Numbered from the stretch's first letter, positions 1 through 9,568 are shown. The stretch is DNA of 64,000 bases from Fibrobacterota bacterium (GCA_947482115.1 CANKII010000001.1:448785-512784); one strand, 5' to 3'. Made by a program: numbers and translations. The notes: generated from the letters alone by a model not told the origin.

Positions 1-351
1 GGTATTGGTCACCCCATAAGTCGCTATCGCCAAACCCAAGGTGCCTTTCTCATGCCAGGGAAGAAGAAAAGCGGCGCAATCAAAATGCGCAACGCCGCCA
101 AATTGTTCCTGATGCGTGGTGGAGAAAGTAAAGTCGTTGACATCGTTCATGGATGCCGGAGCGTTGATCACCGCGTCGGCCCCGTCCTGAAACCCCGCAC
201 GAAGCAAACCCATGCCCTGTTGCCGCGCGCCAAAACCTTCATCGGCCGTGAGATTCACTCCAGAGACTTGTTTCAAGGCCCAGGATCGCAAAGGAAGGCC
301 GATGAAAGCGGTACCGATAAGGAAAAGGAAAATGGCGCGGAAACGGGACAT
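1..351 (-). CDS. outer-membrane beta-barrel protein, PorV/FadL-like (gene runs off the window start)
   Basis: Minus-strand frame is open from ATG at 351 to position 1 (absent from ORF track because it has no stop). Translation begins MSRFRAIFLFLIGTAFIGLPLRSWA (signal peptide) then GFGARQQGMGLL...DGADAVINAPASM, the R..MG..A..D..DA...NPA N-terminal motif typical of PorV/FadL-type barrels and shared with ORF 46661..47953. Confidence 0.45.
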   Translation of the reverse strand, partial: MSRFRAIFLFLIGTAFIGLPLRSWALKQVSGVNLTADEGFGARQQGMGLLRAGFQDGADAVINAPASMNDVNDFTFSTTHQEQFGGVAHFDCAAFLLPWHEKGTLGLAIATYGVTNT

Positions 352-392
352 GCAACGAGTAATCTACTAAGGAGGTATTATTAGCCCCATTC

Positions 393-842
393 ATGGAACC
401 CCCTGTTTTTCCAACAACCTTTCCCATCACCACCGTCGGCGGTTTGCTGCGCGACGAAGCTGGCAATGTCCTGCTCGTCAAGACGTGGAAGTGGTCAAAC
501 CTTTGGGGCATTCCCGGCGGCAAAGTCGAATACGGTGAAACACTTGCAGCCGCCTTCCTGCGAGAGACTTTGGAAGAAACAGGATTGCGCGCGCTGAGTC
601 CCAGCATGGTAATGGTTCAGGACGCCATTGAACATCCCGAATTCCACCGCCCCGCTCATTTTGTGCTGGTCAATTATCTTGCGCATGTGGCGGGAATAAA
701 ACCTCCCGTCACGCTCAATGACGAGGGACAGGAATATGTCTGGCTTCCCTTGCAGGAAGCATTGAAGATGCCGCTGAATCAACCCACGCGGGTTTTGGCG
801 GAAAAGGCCATCGCCGGAGGAGAATCCTTGTGGACATGCTGA
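393..842 (+). CDS. Nudix hydrolase
   Basis: 149 aa ORF with canonical Nudix box GGKVEYGETLAAAFLRETLEETGL. Confidence 0.8.
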   Translation: MEPPVFPTTFPITTVGGLLRDEAGNVLLVKTWKWSNLWGIPGGKVEYGETLAAAFLRETLEETGLRALSPSMVMVQDAIEHPEFHRPAHFVLVNYLAHVAGIKPPVTLNDEGQEYVWLPLQEALKMPLNQPTRVLAEKAIAGGESLWTC

Positions 843-1189
843 GCATTCGCGAGTTGAAAGTTTCCTGCATCGTGGGCGTGCACGCCCATGAACGCAAACG
901 CGAACAGGACCTTTTCCTCGACGCCGATCTCTGGTTCGATTTCGGTCCGGCCTCCGTCTCCGATCATTTGCGCGACACCATCGATTACACTTTAGTCGCT
1001 GAAGACCTAACGGAATTCATTCGGGCGGAGCGCTTTCAGCTCATCGAAACACTGGCCCATCGCGCTTGTGAACGCTTGTTGAGTCTGCAGCCGAAACTGC
1101 GGCGATGCAGGCTCGTGATTCGCAAACCCGGAGCGGTACCCAACGCGCTTTGCGCCATGGTCACCGTGGAGCAAGAGAGATCCGCGTGA
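836..1189 (+). CDS. folB: dihydroneopterin aldolase
   Basis: ~118 aa; SIRELKVSCIVGVHAHERKREQDLFLDADLWFD...DTIDYTLVAEDLTEFI matches FolB family pattern; first ATG at 836 (GTG at 830). Confidence 0.7.
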   Translation: MLSIRELKVSCIVGVHAHERKREQDLFLDADLWFDFGPASVSDHLRDTIDYTLVAEDLTEFIRAERFQLIETLAHRACERLLSLQPKLRRCRLVIRKPGAVPNALCAMVTVEQERSA

Positions 1190-1953
1190 AAGCGGCGCTT
1201 GTCACCGGATCGGCTCGAAGACTCGGACGCGGGATCGCGCTGCGACTTGCCCAGGAAGGTTATTTCACCTTCATCCATTATCGAACTTCGCCCGGAGAAG
1301 CCAAATCCACTTTGCAGGCCTTAAAGAAACTGGGCGGTAAAGGCGCGTTGATTCAAGGGGACTTGGGTTCACCAGCCGATATCAAACGACTGGTCGCCAC
1401 AGTTCGCAAAAAAACCGGCCGGCTCGATGTTCTGGTGAACAACGTGGGCGTTTACAAACCCGGTCCGCTTCTCAAATATTCCCCTGAAGATTTTGAAACT
1501 ACATTGCGATTGAATCTTTCGTCCTGTTTCCGGTTGATTCAGGAGGCCTTGCCGCTGTTTCCCGCTTCCGGTGGAAGCATCATCAACATTGGATATGCAG
1601 GAGTCGAGAATATCACGGGAACAACCCACAACACGGCTTACCTCATTTCAAAAAGCGGTCTTTTGATTTTGACAAAATCCCTGGCTCAGGCATTGGGTTC
1701 CAGACATATTCGGGTCAACATGGTTTCACCGGGCATTTTATCCAACAGTGTGGAGTTGCCGGAAAGCGCCAAGGACTGGGTTCCTTTGGGCCGGTTGGGT
1801 ACGGTTGAAGATGTTGCCGAAGCCGTGGCTTTTCTGGCGGGAAAAAAGGCTGATTACATCACCGGTGTAAACCTTGATATTTCCGGGGGTTACCATTTAA
1901 ACCTCCGTTCGCTCGAAACGGATCGAAAAAAGGGAAAGTCTAGACGCCGGTGA
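1186..1953 (+). CDS. SDR-family oxidoreductase, possibly pteridine reductase (FolM-like) given adjacency to folB
   Basis: ALVTGSARRLGRGIA Rossmann motif, NNVGV, catalytic Y..xK (YLISK); GTG start 1186 overlaps folB stop (GTGA). Confidence 0.7.
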   Translation: MKAALVTGSARRLGRGIALRLAQEGYFTFIHYRTSPGEAKSTLQALKKLGGKGALIQGDLGSPADIKRLVATVRKKTGRLDVLVNNVGVYKPGPLLKYSPEDFETTLRLNLSSCFRLIQEALPLFPASGGSIINIGYAGVENITGTTHNTAYLISKSGLLILTKSLAQALGSRHIRVNMVSPGILSNSVELPESAKDWVPLGRLGTVEDVAEAVAFLAGKKADYITGVNLDISGGYHLNLRSLETDRKKGKSRRR

Positions 1954-3110
1954 ACCGCTTCATTTCCGGATACATCGAAGGCTATTACGGACGCCTCTTT
2001 TCATTTGAAGAGCGCGTGGGCATCGTGCGCAAGTTGAAAGAGATTGGCGCTACGCATTACCTCTACGCGCCCAAGGAAGACCTTTTTCACCGGCAGGATT
2101 GGCGTAAGCCTTATCCCGCAAGTTGGTTGAAGGAATTCAGTGCGTTCGTAACTGGTTCTCGCAAATCGGGAATTCGCGTGGTGCCGGGACTGGCACCAGG
2201 ACTGAGCTATCGCTATCAAAGCGCGGAAGATTTTGAAATCCTGCTACGCAAACTCAAATCGATTTCCGCCTCGGGCTGCGAAGAAGCCGCCTTATTGATG
2301 GACGATATTTCACCGGAACTTCCCAAAGCGGATGAAAAGACGTTTCACTCACTCGGGGAAGCGCATGCGTTTCTGCTGCAACAGCTTCGCAAAAGGCTTC
2401 CCAAGTTGCGCCTGTGGTTTTGCCCTACTGTTTATTGCGATGCCTTTGCCCCCAAGGGAATGTGTGACGATATTTATCTGAAGGATTTGGCGCGGGGAAT
2501 CCCCAAAGACATTGAAGTGATGTGGACAGGGCCGAAGATCATCTCGAAACGGTTGGCGCCACCAGATTTACAAACAGTCAATCGCATTCTGGGTCACAAA
2601 ACCATTTTGTGGGATAACCTCTATGCCAACGACTATTGCCCGGGAAAAATATTCCTTGGCCCATTTTTGAATCGACCTGCATCCGTGCGTTCCACTTCGG
2701 CAGGACTTCTACTGAACCCGACGGGCCTGTATCAAACGGATTTATTTCTGCTGGACTTACTGGGTGGATTTTTAAAAGGTAAGAGCCCCCAGGAAACCTG
2801 GAAGCATGTTGTGTCTGCGCATAAAATCCCCGCCGAATTCTTGAAAATCGCATCCCTGCTTTCCTCTCCTTTCGAAGCCACGATTCCTCCGGCCAAATCC
2901 ATCGACACTTTGCGCAAAGCATTGAAGCCGTTGATTTGGGAATGGAAATCTCCGCTACAACTCGAACTGTATCCTTACCTGTATACGCTGGATGCCGATC
3001 TGCGCCTGCTGTCGGTTGGAAAAGACAAGCCGGATACCACATGGATTCGCAAGAAATATTCACCAATCATTTCTAAAATTTTGAACCAGCATTTGGAAAC
3101 AGGAGGATGA
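1950..3110 (+). CDS. GH84-family beta-N-acetylglucosaminidase-like (O-GlcNAcase/NagJ-type catalytic domain)
   Basis: N-terminus GYIEGYYGRLFSFEERVGIVRKLKEIGATHYLYAPKEDLFHRQDWRKPYP ... LAPGLSYRYQSAEDF ... LLMDDI matches conserved GH84 catalytic-domain motifs; ATGA overlap with upstream SDR. Confidence 0.55.
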   Translation: MNRFISGYIEGYYGRLFSFEERVGIVRKLKEIGATHYLYAPKEDLFHRQDWRKPYPASWLKEFSAFVTGSRKSGIRVVPGLAPGLSYRYQSAEDFEILLRKLKSISASGCEEAALLMDDISPELPKADEKTFHSLGEAHAFLLQQLRKRLPKLRLWFCPTVYCDAFAPKGMCDDIYLKDLARGIPKDIEVMWTGPKIISKRLAPPDLQTVNRILGHKTILWDNLYANDYCPGKIFLGPFLNRPASVRSTSAGLLLNPTGLYQTDLFLLDLLGGFLKGKSPQETWKHVVSAHKIPAEFLKIASLLSSPFEATIPPAKSIDTLRKALKPLIWEWKSPLQLELYPYLYTLDADLRLLSVGKDKPDTTWIRKKYSPIISKILNQHLETGG

Positions 3111-3111
3111 T

Positions 3112-3498
3112 TTGAAACGCGAAAATATTAGCTCCGGCTCAAAGTGGGAACCCATATTGGGATATTCCCGCGCCGTGAAGGTTGGACAATTTGTTTTTGT
3201 CTCCGGCACAACCGGAACAGATGCCAACGGCAACGTGGACCCGGACACCGGAGTGCAAGCCCGTCAAGCCCTGAGCAACATTCTCTCCGCATTGGAAAAA
3301 GCCGGAGCCTCGGCCAAGGACGTCGTGCGCATCCGCATCTTTATGACCGACGCCTCGGAATGGGAAGTAGTGGGAAAGGCCAACGGAGAAATCTTCGGAG
3401 AAATTCGCCCTGCGTTAACCCTCGTGGAAGTCAGCCGCCTCATCGATCCTGCCATGAAGGTCGAAATCGAAGCCGACGCAGTCATTACCACAGTCTGA
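3112..3498 (+). CDS. ridA: RidA/YjgF family reactive-intermediate deaminase
   Basis: 128 aa, YSRAVKVGQFVFVSGTTG ... RIRIFMTDASEW ... VEIEADAVI typical RidA; TTG start 5 nt after AGGAGG. Confidence 0.8.
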   Translation: MKRENISSGSKWEPILGYSRAVKVGQFVFVSGTTGTDANGNVDPDTGVQARQALSNILSALEKAGASAKDVVRIRIFMTDASEWEVVGKANGEIFGEIRPALTLVEVSRLIDPAMKVEIEADAVITTV

Positions 3499-3515
3499 AT
3501 CTTTCACGGAAAATC

Positions 3516-5381
3516 ATGAGCTCTTTCAAAAACCTGCGGGAGAGTCTCGATTTTCTGGAGAGCCGGGGACAACTTCGGCGCGTGGATGAAGAAGTCGATC
3601 CCCATCTGGAAATGGCCGAGATCCAACGCCGGGTTTATGCGGCCAAAGGTCCGGCTTTGTTATTCACCCGCGTTCGCGGCACAAAGTTTCCCTGCGTCTC
3701 CAATCTCTTCGGAACACATGAACGAGCGCAGCTATTGCTTGGCGACGGAATCAAACGGGCAAAGGAACTTTTAAAGCTCCGTTCCGATCCCGTGAATGCA
3801 CTCAAGCATCCGCTTCATTCGTTGCAATCCGTTTTTAAAGCACGCCATGCACTTCCACTATCCGCTTCACATCCAGCCGTTGCGGAATGTGAAACCCAAT
3901 TATCCGCATTGCCGCAAATCACCAGTTGGCCCATGGATGGCGGAGCTTTCATCACCTTGCCTTTGGCTTATACCGAACATCCGGACAAACCTGGACTCTG
4001 GGCATCCAATCTCGGCATGTATCGCGTCCAAACTTCGGGCGGTGAATATGTTCGAGATCGCGAAGCGGGACTGCATTACCAAATCCATCGCGGCATCGGA
4101 GTGCACCATCACGCCGCAATCCGGCGGGGTGAAAAGCTCAAGGTCACCATTTTCGTAGGCGGCCCGCCTGCGCACATGCTTGCAGCCGTGATGCCGTTAC
4201 CCGAAGGGATGCCGGAAATTCTGTTCGCGGGAATTCTTGGCGGCCGACCTTTCCGTTATGCGCGGAGTGAGGGACATTTACTTTCCGCCGATGCGGATTT
4301 CTGCATCACCGGAACAATCGATCCCATGCACACTTTGCCCGAAGGACCGTTCGGCGATCATATGGGATATTACAGCCTCCGACATCCGTTCCCGGTTTTG
4401 ACAGTGGAGAAGGTTACCCATCGACGCGATGCCATCTGGCCGTTCACGGTGGTGGGCAGGCCTCCACAGGAAGATTCGCATCTCGCGGAATTGATTCATG
4501 AAATCGCAGGAGGTGCATTGCCCAAGGAAATTCCGGGCCTGTATTCCGTGCATGCAGTGGAAGCCGCAGGAGTACACCCTTTGTTGCTTGCGCTTGCCAG
4601 TGATCGCTACCTGCCCTACGCCGAGCGCAAACCGCGCGAGTTGCACACCATTGGCAATGCCATATTGGGTTACAGCCAGCTTTCCCTTGCCAAGTACATC
4701 TGGCTTGCGGCACGTGAAGACGATCCTTCACTTGACATTCGCAACATCCCGGCATTTCTCAGTCATGTGCTCCGCACGGTCTCATGGGAAAAAGATTTGC
4801 ATTTCATCACACGCACAACCATGGATACATTGGATTATAGCGGCAGCGGGTTCAATGAAGGTTCCAAGCTTTTACTGACCGTGTCCGGCACAGTGCGCAG
4901 AGAACTTGCGGAAAACATTCCTGCAGAATTGCTTCGCGTCTGGCCGGAGAACTGGTCCACACCACGAATGGTGATGCCGGGAGTTCTGGTGTTTAGCGGT
5001 CCTGCGGCAAAAGGACAAGATGCGGAACCGGAAACGTTGGATGCGGAGTTGGAGAAATTTTCTGCACGATTACAGGAGGCGGGGGATACTGAAACTCTGT
5101 TGTCCGGTTTCCCGCTTTGGATTCTGGCGGATGATCCCGGCTTTGTTTCCCAATCTCTGGACAATTTCCTGTGGGTCACATTCACCCGCTCCGATCCAGC
5201 GCGTGATGTGCATGGAATTTTTGCCTTTACGGATCGCAAGCATTGGGGATGCAGGGGGCCGCTGGTTATCGACGCACGGATGAAACCCCATCATGCACCT
5301 CCGTTGGAATCCAATCCGGATGTGGTGAAAAGGGTAGAGGCGATGGCTGCACCGGGACGGGCATTACACGGGTTGTTTTGA
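3516..5381 (+). CDS. UbiD-family (de)carboxylase (3-octaprenyl-4-hydroxybenzoate carboxy-lyase-like)
   Basis: 621 aa from ATG 3516 (the track ORF 3144.. is the same frame over-extended across ridA); N-term LRESLDFLESRGQLRRVDEEVDPHLEMAEIQRRVYAAKGPALLF and length typical of UbiD. Confidence 0.8.
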   Translation: MSSFKNLRESLDFLESRGQLRRVDEEVDPHLEMAEIQRRVYAAKGPALLFTRVRGTKFPCVSNLFGTHERAQLLLGDGIKRAKELLKLRSDPVNALKHPLHSLQSVFKARHALPLSASHPAVAECETQLSALPQITSWPMDGGAFITLPLAYTEHPDKPGLWASNLGMYRVQTSGGEYVRDREAGLHYQIHRGIGVHHHAAIRRGEKLKVTIFVGGPPAHMLAAVMPLPEGMPEILFAGILGGRPFRYARSEGHLLSADADFCITGTIDPMHTLPEGPFGDHMGYYSLRHPFPVLTVEKVTHRRDAIWPFTVVGRPPQEDSHLAELIHEIAGGALPKEIPGLYSVHAVEAAGVHPLLLALASDRYLPYAERKPRELHTIGNAILGYSQLSLAKYIWLAAREDDPSLDIRNIPAFLSHVLRTVSWEKDLHFITRTTMDTLDYSGSGFNEGSKLLLTVSGTVRRELAENIPAELLRVWPENWSTPRMVMPGVLVFSGPAAKGQDAEPETLDAELEKFSARLQEAGDTETLLSGFPLWILADDPGFVSQSLDNFLWVTFTRSDPARDVHGIFAFTDRKHWGCRGPLVIDARMKPHHAPPLESNPDVVKRVEAMAAPGRALHGLF

Positions 5382-5398
5382 AAAGGTTTGAGGTAGCC

Positions 5399-7204
5399 TT
5401 AATCCTCTTCGCCCGGCTTAATCCCAAATCTCCGCCTCAATTCATCCAGTGAATACCGAATCAATACCGGCGCGCCGGTGGGTGTGACATACGGATTCCT
5501 TGTAGCGAATAAACCGTCCACAATCGCAGCCATGTGCGCCGCATCAAGCGGCTGGCCCAATGGAATAGATGCTGCGCGAGCGTAGGCGCGGGCGACGCGG
5601 GCCAAGAGCTCATCCGCATCTTGATTCTTTCCGCCATGATCCGAATCCAATAATTTCCCAACCAGCGATTGCAGAATCTCCCTGGCTTTTTCCGCCGCCA
5701 CTTCACTGGGCAATCCCCGCAATTGAAACGCCGTCTTGCCGAAAGGTTCCAAATCAAATCCCAGTGCGCGGAGTTCCGGCAATCGTTCTTCAACTGCACG
5801 AGCTTCAGAGACAGTAAACTCCACCAATTCCGGAAACAAAAGCTGCTGTGCGTTGAACCGCCCCGGACGGCGCATGTCTTCCAAAGATTTTTCATACAGA
5901 ATGCGTTCATGCGCAGCCTGTTGATTCACCAGCAGAAAACCACTTTGCACCGCCACCAGAATAAAACTGCCATGAATCTGTAGGCTCGGCGCGCCAGTTG
6001 TTTCAGCGGGAACCGGCATGGATGCAGGAAAGCGAGCATCAACAGGGAAAAGTGTCGGAGCAGGAATGGATTCAACAGGTGATGGAGATTCGGAAACCGA
6101 CATGGAATCCGGTGGAGTGAAAGTAAAGGCAGGGATTTCAGTAACTGAAGTGGCTTCCGCTACTGACTCGCTTTTCACCGGTGTGGAGACATTGAGTTCC
6201 AATGACGGTGCATTGATAGTTTGACGCAACGCCTTCCGCAGGGCCTGTGACAAGGCCCAAAAGACCCGTACTTCATTGAGGAAGCGCACTTCGCGCTTCG
6301 CAGGATGAATGTTCACATCCACTTCGGCGGGGGAGATGGAGATGAACAATGCCGACACGGGATAGCGACCAGGCGAGGTGACTTCATAAGCCTGCGACAC
6401 GGCACGTGTCAACATTCCACCTTGCACATAACGGCGGTTGATGAAGAAGTATTGCTGGTTGGGGCGGCTCGAAAAACGCTGCGGCTCGGAGATATATCCC
6501 TGTATGTGAATCCCATCGCCTTCCCAGTCCACTTCCACCAAATCGGCGAGAAGATGAACACCCAAGACATCACCTGCCCGGCGGCGCAAGGTGCCTTCGG
6601 GAAGATGGAGCAATTCCCGTGTACCTTCGGAGAGCCGGATGGAAACACCGGGATGCGCCAAAGACATGCGCGTCAGTAATCCGGAAATGCGCGTACCTTC
6701 CGCCTTGCCGCTCGACAAAAATTTTCGCCGCACCGGATTATTCCGGAATAAATTTCGAATGGAAAATGTCGTCCCCTGCGGCCGCGCAATGTCCTTCAGT
6801 TCTTCCTGTTGTGATTCCACCACGCGAAGCAAGGTGCCGATTTCTTCTTCCCAATGCCGTGTCTCCACGGTGAATTCGGAAACGGCTGCCATACTGGCCA
6901 AGGCTTCTCCACGAAATCCGAAGCTGGAAACGATTTCCAAATCTTCCACCGCATTGATTTTGCTGGTGGTGTGGGGGAGCCAACAATGCGAGACATCTTC
7001 ACGTGTCATGCCCGAGCCGTTATCCGCCACGCGAATGAGTTCCTTGCCGCCATCTTCCAGCGTGATGGAAATCTTGGTGGCTCCGGCGTCCAAGGCGTTT
7101 TCGACCAATTCCTTGACCACATTGGCTGGACGCTCAATGACCTCGCCTGCAGCGATTTTTTGGATGGTTAAGGGGGAAAGAGCCTGAATTATGGGGGCGG
7201 GCAT
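5399..7204 (-). CDS. mutL: DNA mismatch repair protein MutL
   Basis: 601 aa; N-terminal GHKL ATPase motifs IAAGEVIERPANVVKELVENALDAGATKI...DNGSGM. Confidence 0.9.
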   Translation of the reverse strand: MPAPIIQALSPLTIQKIAAGEVIERPANVVKELVENALDAGATKISITLEDGGKELIRVADNGSGMTREDVSHCWLPHTTSKINAVEDLEIVSSFGFRGEALASMAAVSEFTVETRHWEEEIGTLLRVVESQQEELKDIARPQGTTFSIRNLFRNNPVRRKFLSSGKAEGTRISGLLTRMSLAHPGVSIRLSEGTRELLHLPEGTLRRRAGDVLGVHLLADLVEVDWEGDGIHIQGYISEPQRFSSRPNQQYFFINRRYVQGGMLTRAVSQAYEVTSPGRYPVSALFISISPAEVDVNIHPAKREVRFLNEVRVFWALSQALRKALRQTINAPSLELNVSTPVKSESVAEATSVTEIPAFTFTPPDSMSVSESPSPVESIPAPTLFPVDARFPASMPVPAETTGAPSLQIHGSFILVAVQSGFLLVNQQAAHERILYEKSLEDMRRPGRFNAQQLLFPELVEFTVSEARAVEERLPELRALGFDLEPFGKTAFQLRGLPSEVAAEKAREILQSLVGKLLDSDHGGKNQDADELLARVARAYARAASIPLGQPLDAAHMAAIVDGLFATRNPYVTPTGAPVLIRYSLDELRRRFGIKPGEED

Positions 7205-7229
7205 GGGGATGGGAAGTTAAGAATTATGA

Positions 7230-7378
7230 CCTCACCCCTAACCCCTCTCAATTTGTTAAAGAGATGGAGAGGGAAGGTCTAAATTTTCTTTCTTTCGCTT
7301 TTTTGGGGAACTACCCCTCTCCCGTCCTTTAAGATGGGAGAGGGGCGAATTCATAGACTATGGATTATGGGGTGAGGG
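7230..7378. repeat. composite palindromic repeat, copy A (outer CCTCACCCC...GGGGTGAGG arms enclosing two CCCCTCTC(CC)-loop-G(G)GAGAGGGG hairpins)
   Basis: Intergenic between mutL start and Rrf2 gene; same architecture as 14758..14881 and 38305..38440. Confidence 0.8.
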
Positions 7379-7420
7379 CGTTATACCCTATTGTCCATAT
7401 CAGTTTGATATGATATATTG

Positions 7421-7867
7421 ATGTTCGTGAAGATTACCTCGAAAACCCTGTATTCATTGCACTTTCTGTGTGCTTTGACCATCAAGGCAAAGAGTAACCC
7501 GCAGAAACCCGTGCATTTGCGTGAAATCGCCAAGGAATACGATATCCCATTCAAGTTTTTGGAACAGATCGCCATTCTCATGAAAAGCGTCGGTCTTGTA
7601 AGGGGAACTCGTGGGAAAACAGGGGGTTATCAATTGGCCGAGACTCCAGAGTCCATCAACCTAGCCCGCATCATCAAGGCGACCGAAGGCGAACTTCTGC
7701 CTTGGGCCGACATCGAAGGTGGCAACGAGGTCATTGGTGGAATCTTGCACACGATTTTTCAGGAACAACGCGATGAAATCGACCGGAAACTTTCCGCTAT
7801 TTCATTATCTCAAATCGCTGAGAAGGCGCGCCAACGTTTGGAACCTGCGCCCATGTTTTATCTGTGA
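7421..7867 (+). CDS. Rrf2-family transcriptional regulator (IscR/CymR/NsrR type)
   Basis: N-terminal wHTH of Rrf2 proteins (YSLHFLCALTIKAKSNPQKPVHLREIAKEYDIPFKFLEQIAILMKSVGLVRGTRGKTGGYQLA); precedes cysH-cysK. Confidence 0.75.
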   Translation: MFVKITSKTLYSLHFLCALTIKAKSNPQKPVHLREIAKEYDIPFKFLEQIAILMKSVGLVRGTRGKTGGYQLAETPESINLARIIKATEGELLPWADIEGGNEVIGGILHTIFQEQRDEIDRKLSAISLSQIAEKARQRLEPAPMFYL

Positions 7868-7874
7868 GTGAAGT

Positions 7875-8615
7875 ATGGAACCTGTAACTCAAATCAATGT
7901 CTCCGCACTGCATGAGCAGGCGAATGAATTGAATCGTGAACTGGCCGCAATGGATGCAGACGGACGTTTGCGCAAGGTTTATGAATTATTCGGCGAAGGA
8001 TTGATCGCCACGACGTCTTTTGGCCGTGATGCCGCTTTGTTATTGCATCATCTCAAGCGGCTGCACATTCCCATCCGTGTATTCTTCATGGACACGGGTT
8101 TTCATTTTCCGGAAACGCTTGCGTATCGTGACACGTTGAGGAAAGAATTCGATTTGCGATTGCATACGGTTTCTTCCGACAATACCGAACGCCGGAAATA
8201 TGCCGTAACGGAAAACGGGGAGTTGCGCATCACGGACACCGATGCCTGCTGCGGAATCAACAAGGTGGAAGTGCAGCGCCGGTTTCTGGCCTTGCCCGAT
8301 GTAAAGGCTTTTATCACCGGATTGCGCCGCGATCAAAGCTCCACGCGCAAAGACACGCCTTTTGCCACAGTGCAACGCGGCCGCATCAAGATCATGCCCT
8401 TCGCCGATTGGCCGCAGGAGGACGTGGACTTGTATTTGCGACTGTGGGAAACGCCGGAACATCCCCTAGCCGCACAGGGTTATCCCAGCATCGGTTGCAG
8501 CCCAGTCACTTGCACACGCAAACCTTTGCCGGGAGAAGATGCGCGCAGCGGTCGTTGGGCAGGTGAAGCCAAAACCGAGTGCGGACTGCATCTGGATACG
8601 GAGTTTGGGCCATGA
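7875..8615 (+). CDS. cysH: adenylyl-sulfate/phosphoadenylyl-sulfate reductase (CysH family, Fe-S type)
   Basis: PAPS_reduct fold; CC...C..C cluster motifs (DACCGINKVE, SIGCSPVTC) and C-terminal catalytic ECGLH motif. Confidence 0.85.
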   Translation: MEPVTQINVSALHEQANELNRELAAMDADGRLRKVYELFGEGLIATTSFGRDAALLLHHLKRLHIPIRVFFMDTGFHFPETLAYRDTLRKEFDLRLHTVSSDNTERRKYAVTENGELRITDTDACCGINKVEVQRRFLALPDVKAFITGLRRDQSSTRKDTPFATVQRGRIKIMPFADWPQEDVDLYLRLWETPEHPLAAQGYPSIGCSPVTCTRKPLPGEDARSGRWAGEAKTECGLHLDTEFGP

Positions 8616-9568
8616 AGGAAACTGCGAAAGATTCCGCCAAGATGCGTTACTTCGACGATCTCACTGCAGTGATTGGTCGTACGCCCTTGGTGAAATTGAA
8701 CAAGGTGATTCCGCATAATGATTCGCTGTTTCTGGTGAAGCTGGAAGGGCGCAATCCCGGCGGTTCGCTGAAGGATCGCATTGCCTTAAACATGATTCTG
8801 GATGCGGAGAAAAAAGGCAAGCTTAAGCCCGGTATGACCTTGATCGAGCCGACCAGTGGCAATACCGGCATTGCACTGGCATGGATTTCCGCCGTGCGCG
8901 GTTACAAGTCTTTGCTCATCATGCCGGAATCCATGAGTGTGGAGCGTCGTAATTTGCTCAAAGCCTATGGCGCGGAATTATTGCTCACACCTTCACATCT
9001 CGGTATGTCCGGCGCGATTGAGAAGGCGAAAGAGTTGCTGCGCACGCACAAGGATTATTTCCTGTTGCAGCAATTCGACAATCCCGCCAATCCAGAAGCG
9101 CATCGCAAAATCACGGCTGAGGAAATTTGGGAAGATACGGCCGGTCAAATCGATGTTCTGGTCGCAGGCGTGGGCACAGGTGGCTTTGTCACCGGTGCGG
9201 GGAAGTTGTTGAAGGAAAGGAAACCTTCCCTGAAAGTCATTGCGGTGGAACCGGAAGGTTCACCTGTGCTTTCCGGTGGCAAAGCAGGATGGCATGAGAT
9301 TCAAGGCATCGGCGCTGGATTCGCTCCCTCGGTGTTAGACCGCCATGCTTATGACGAAGTCTTCCGCGTGAGCAATGAATCGGCATGGGAAACCAGTCGC
9401 CGTTTGGCGCGTGAGGAAGGCATTCTCGCCGGACCTTCGTCGGGTGCAAATGTGTATGCGCTAAACGAGATCGGCAAGCGACCCGAGTTTCTCGGTAAAA
9501 CTTTATTGACTTTGATTTGCGATACCGGGGAACGTTATCTCAGCACCCCTTTGTATAGTCTGGATTAA
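8611..9568 (+). CDS. cysK: cysteine synthase (O-acetylserine sulfhydrylase)
   Basis: PLP-enzyme motifs TPLVKLN, KLEGRNPGGSLKDRIA, TSGNTGIALA, GVGTGG; ATG 8611 overlaps cysH stop (ATGA). Confidence 0.85.

Noticed and set aside
52-384. 110-aa plus-strand ORF and 239..607 minus-strand ORF at window start
   Set aside because: No homology or signal; the opposite strand carries an open, signal-peptide-bearing PorV/FadL-like N-terminus that explains the region better
3144-3515. 5' extension of the UbiD ORF overlapping ridA in another frame
   Set aside because: Same frame as UbiD but the region encodes RidA in the +1 frame with strong homology; UbiD homology begins at ATG 3516
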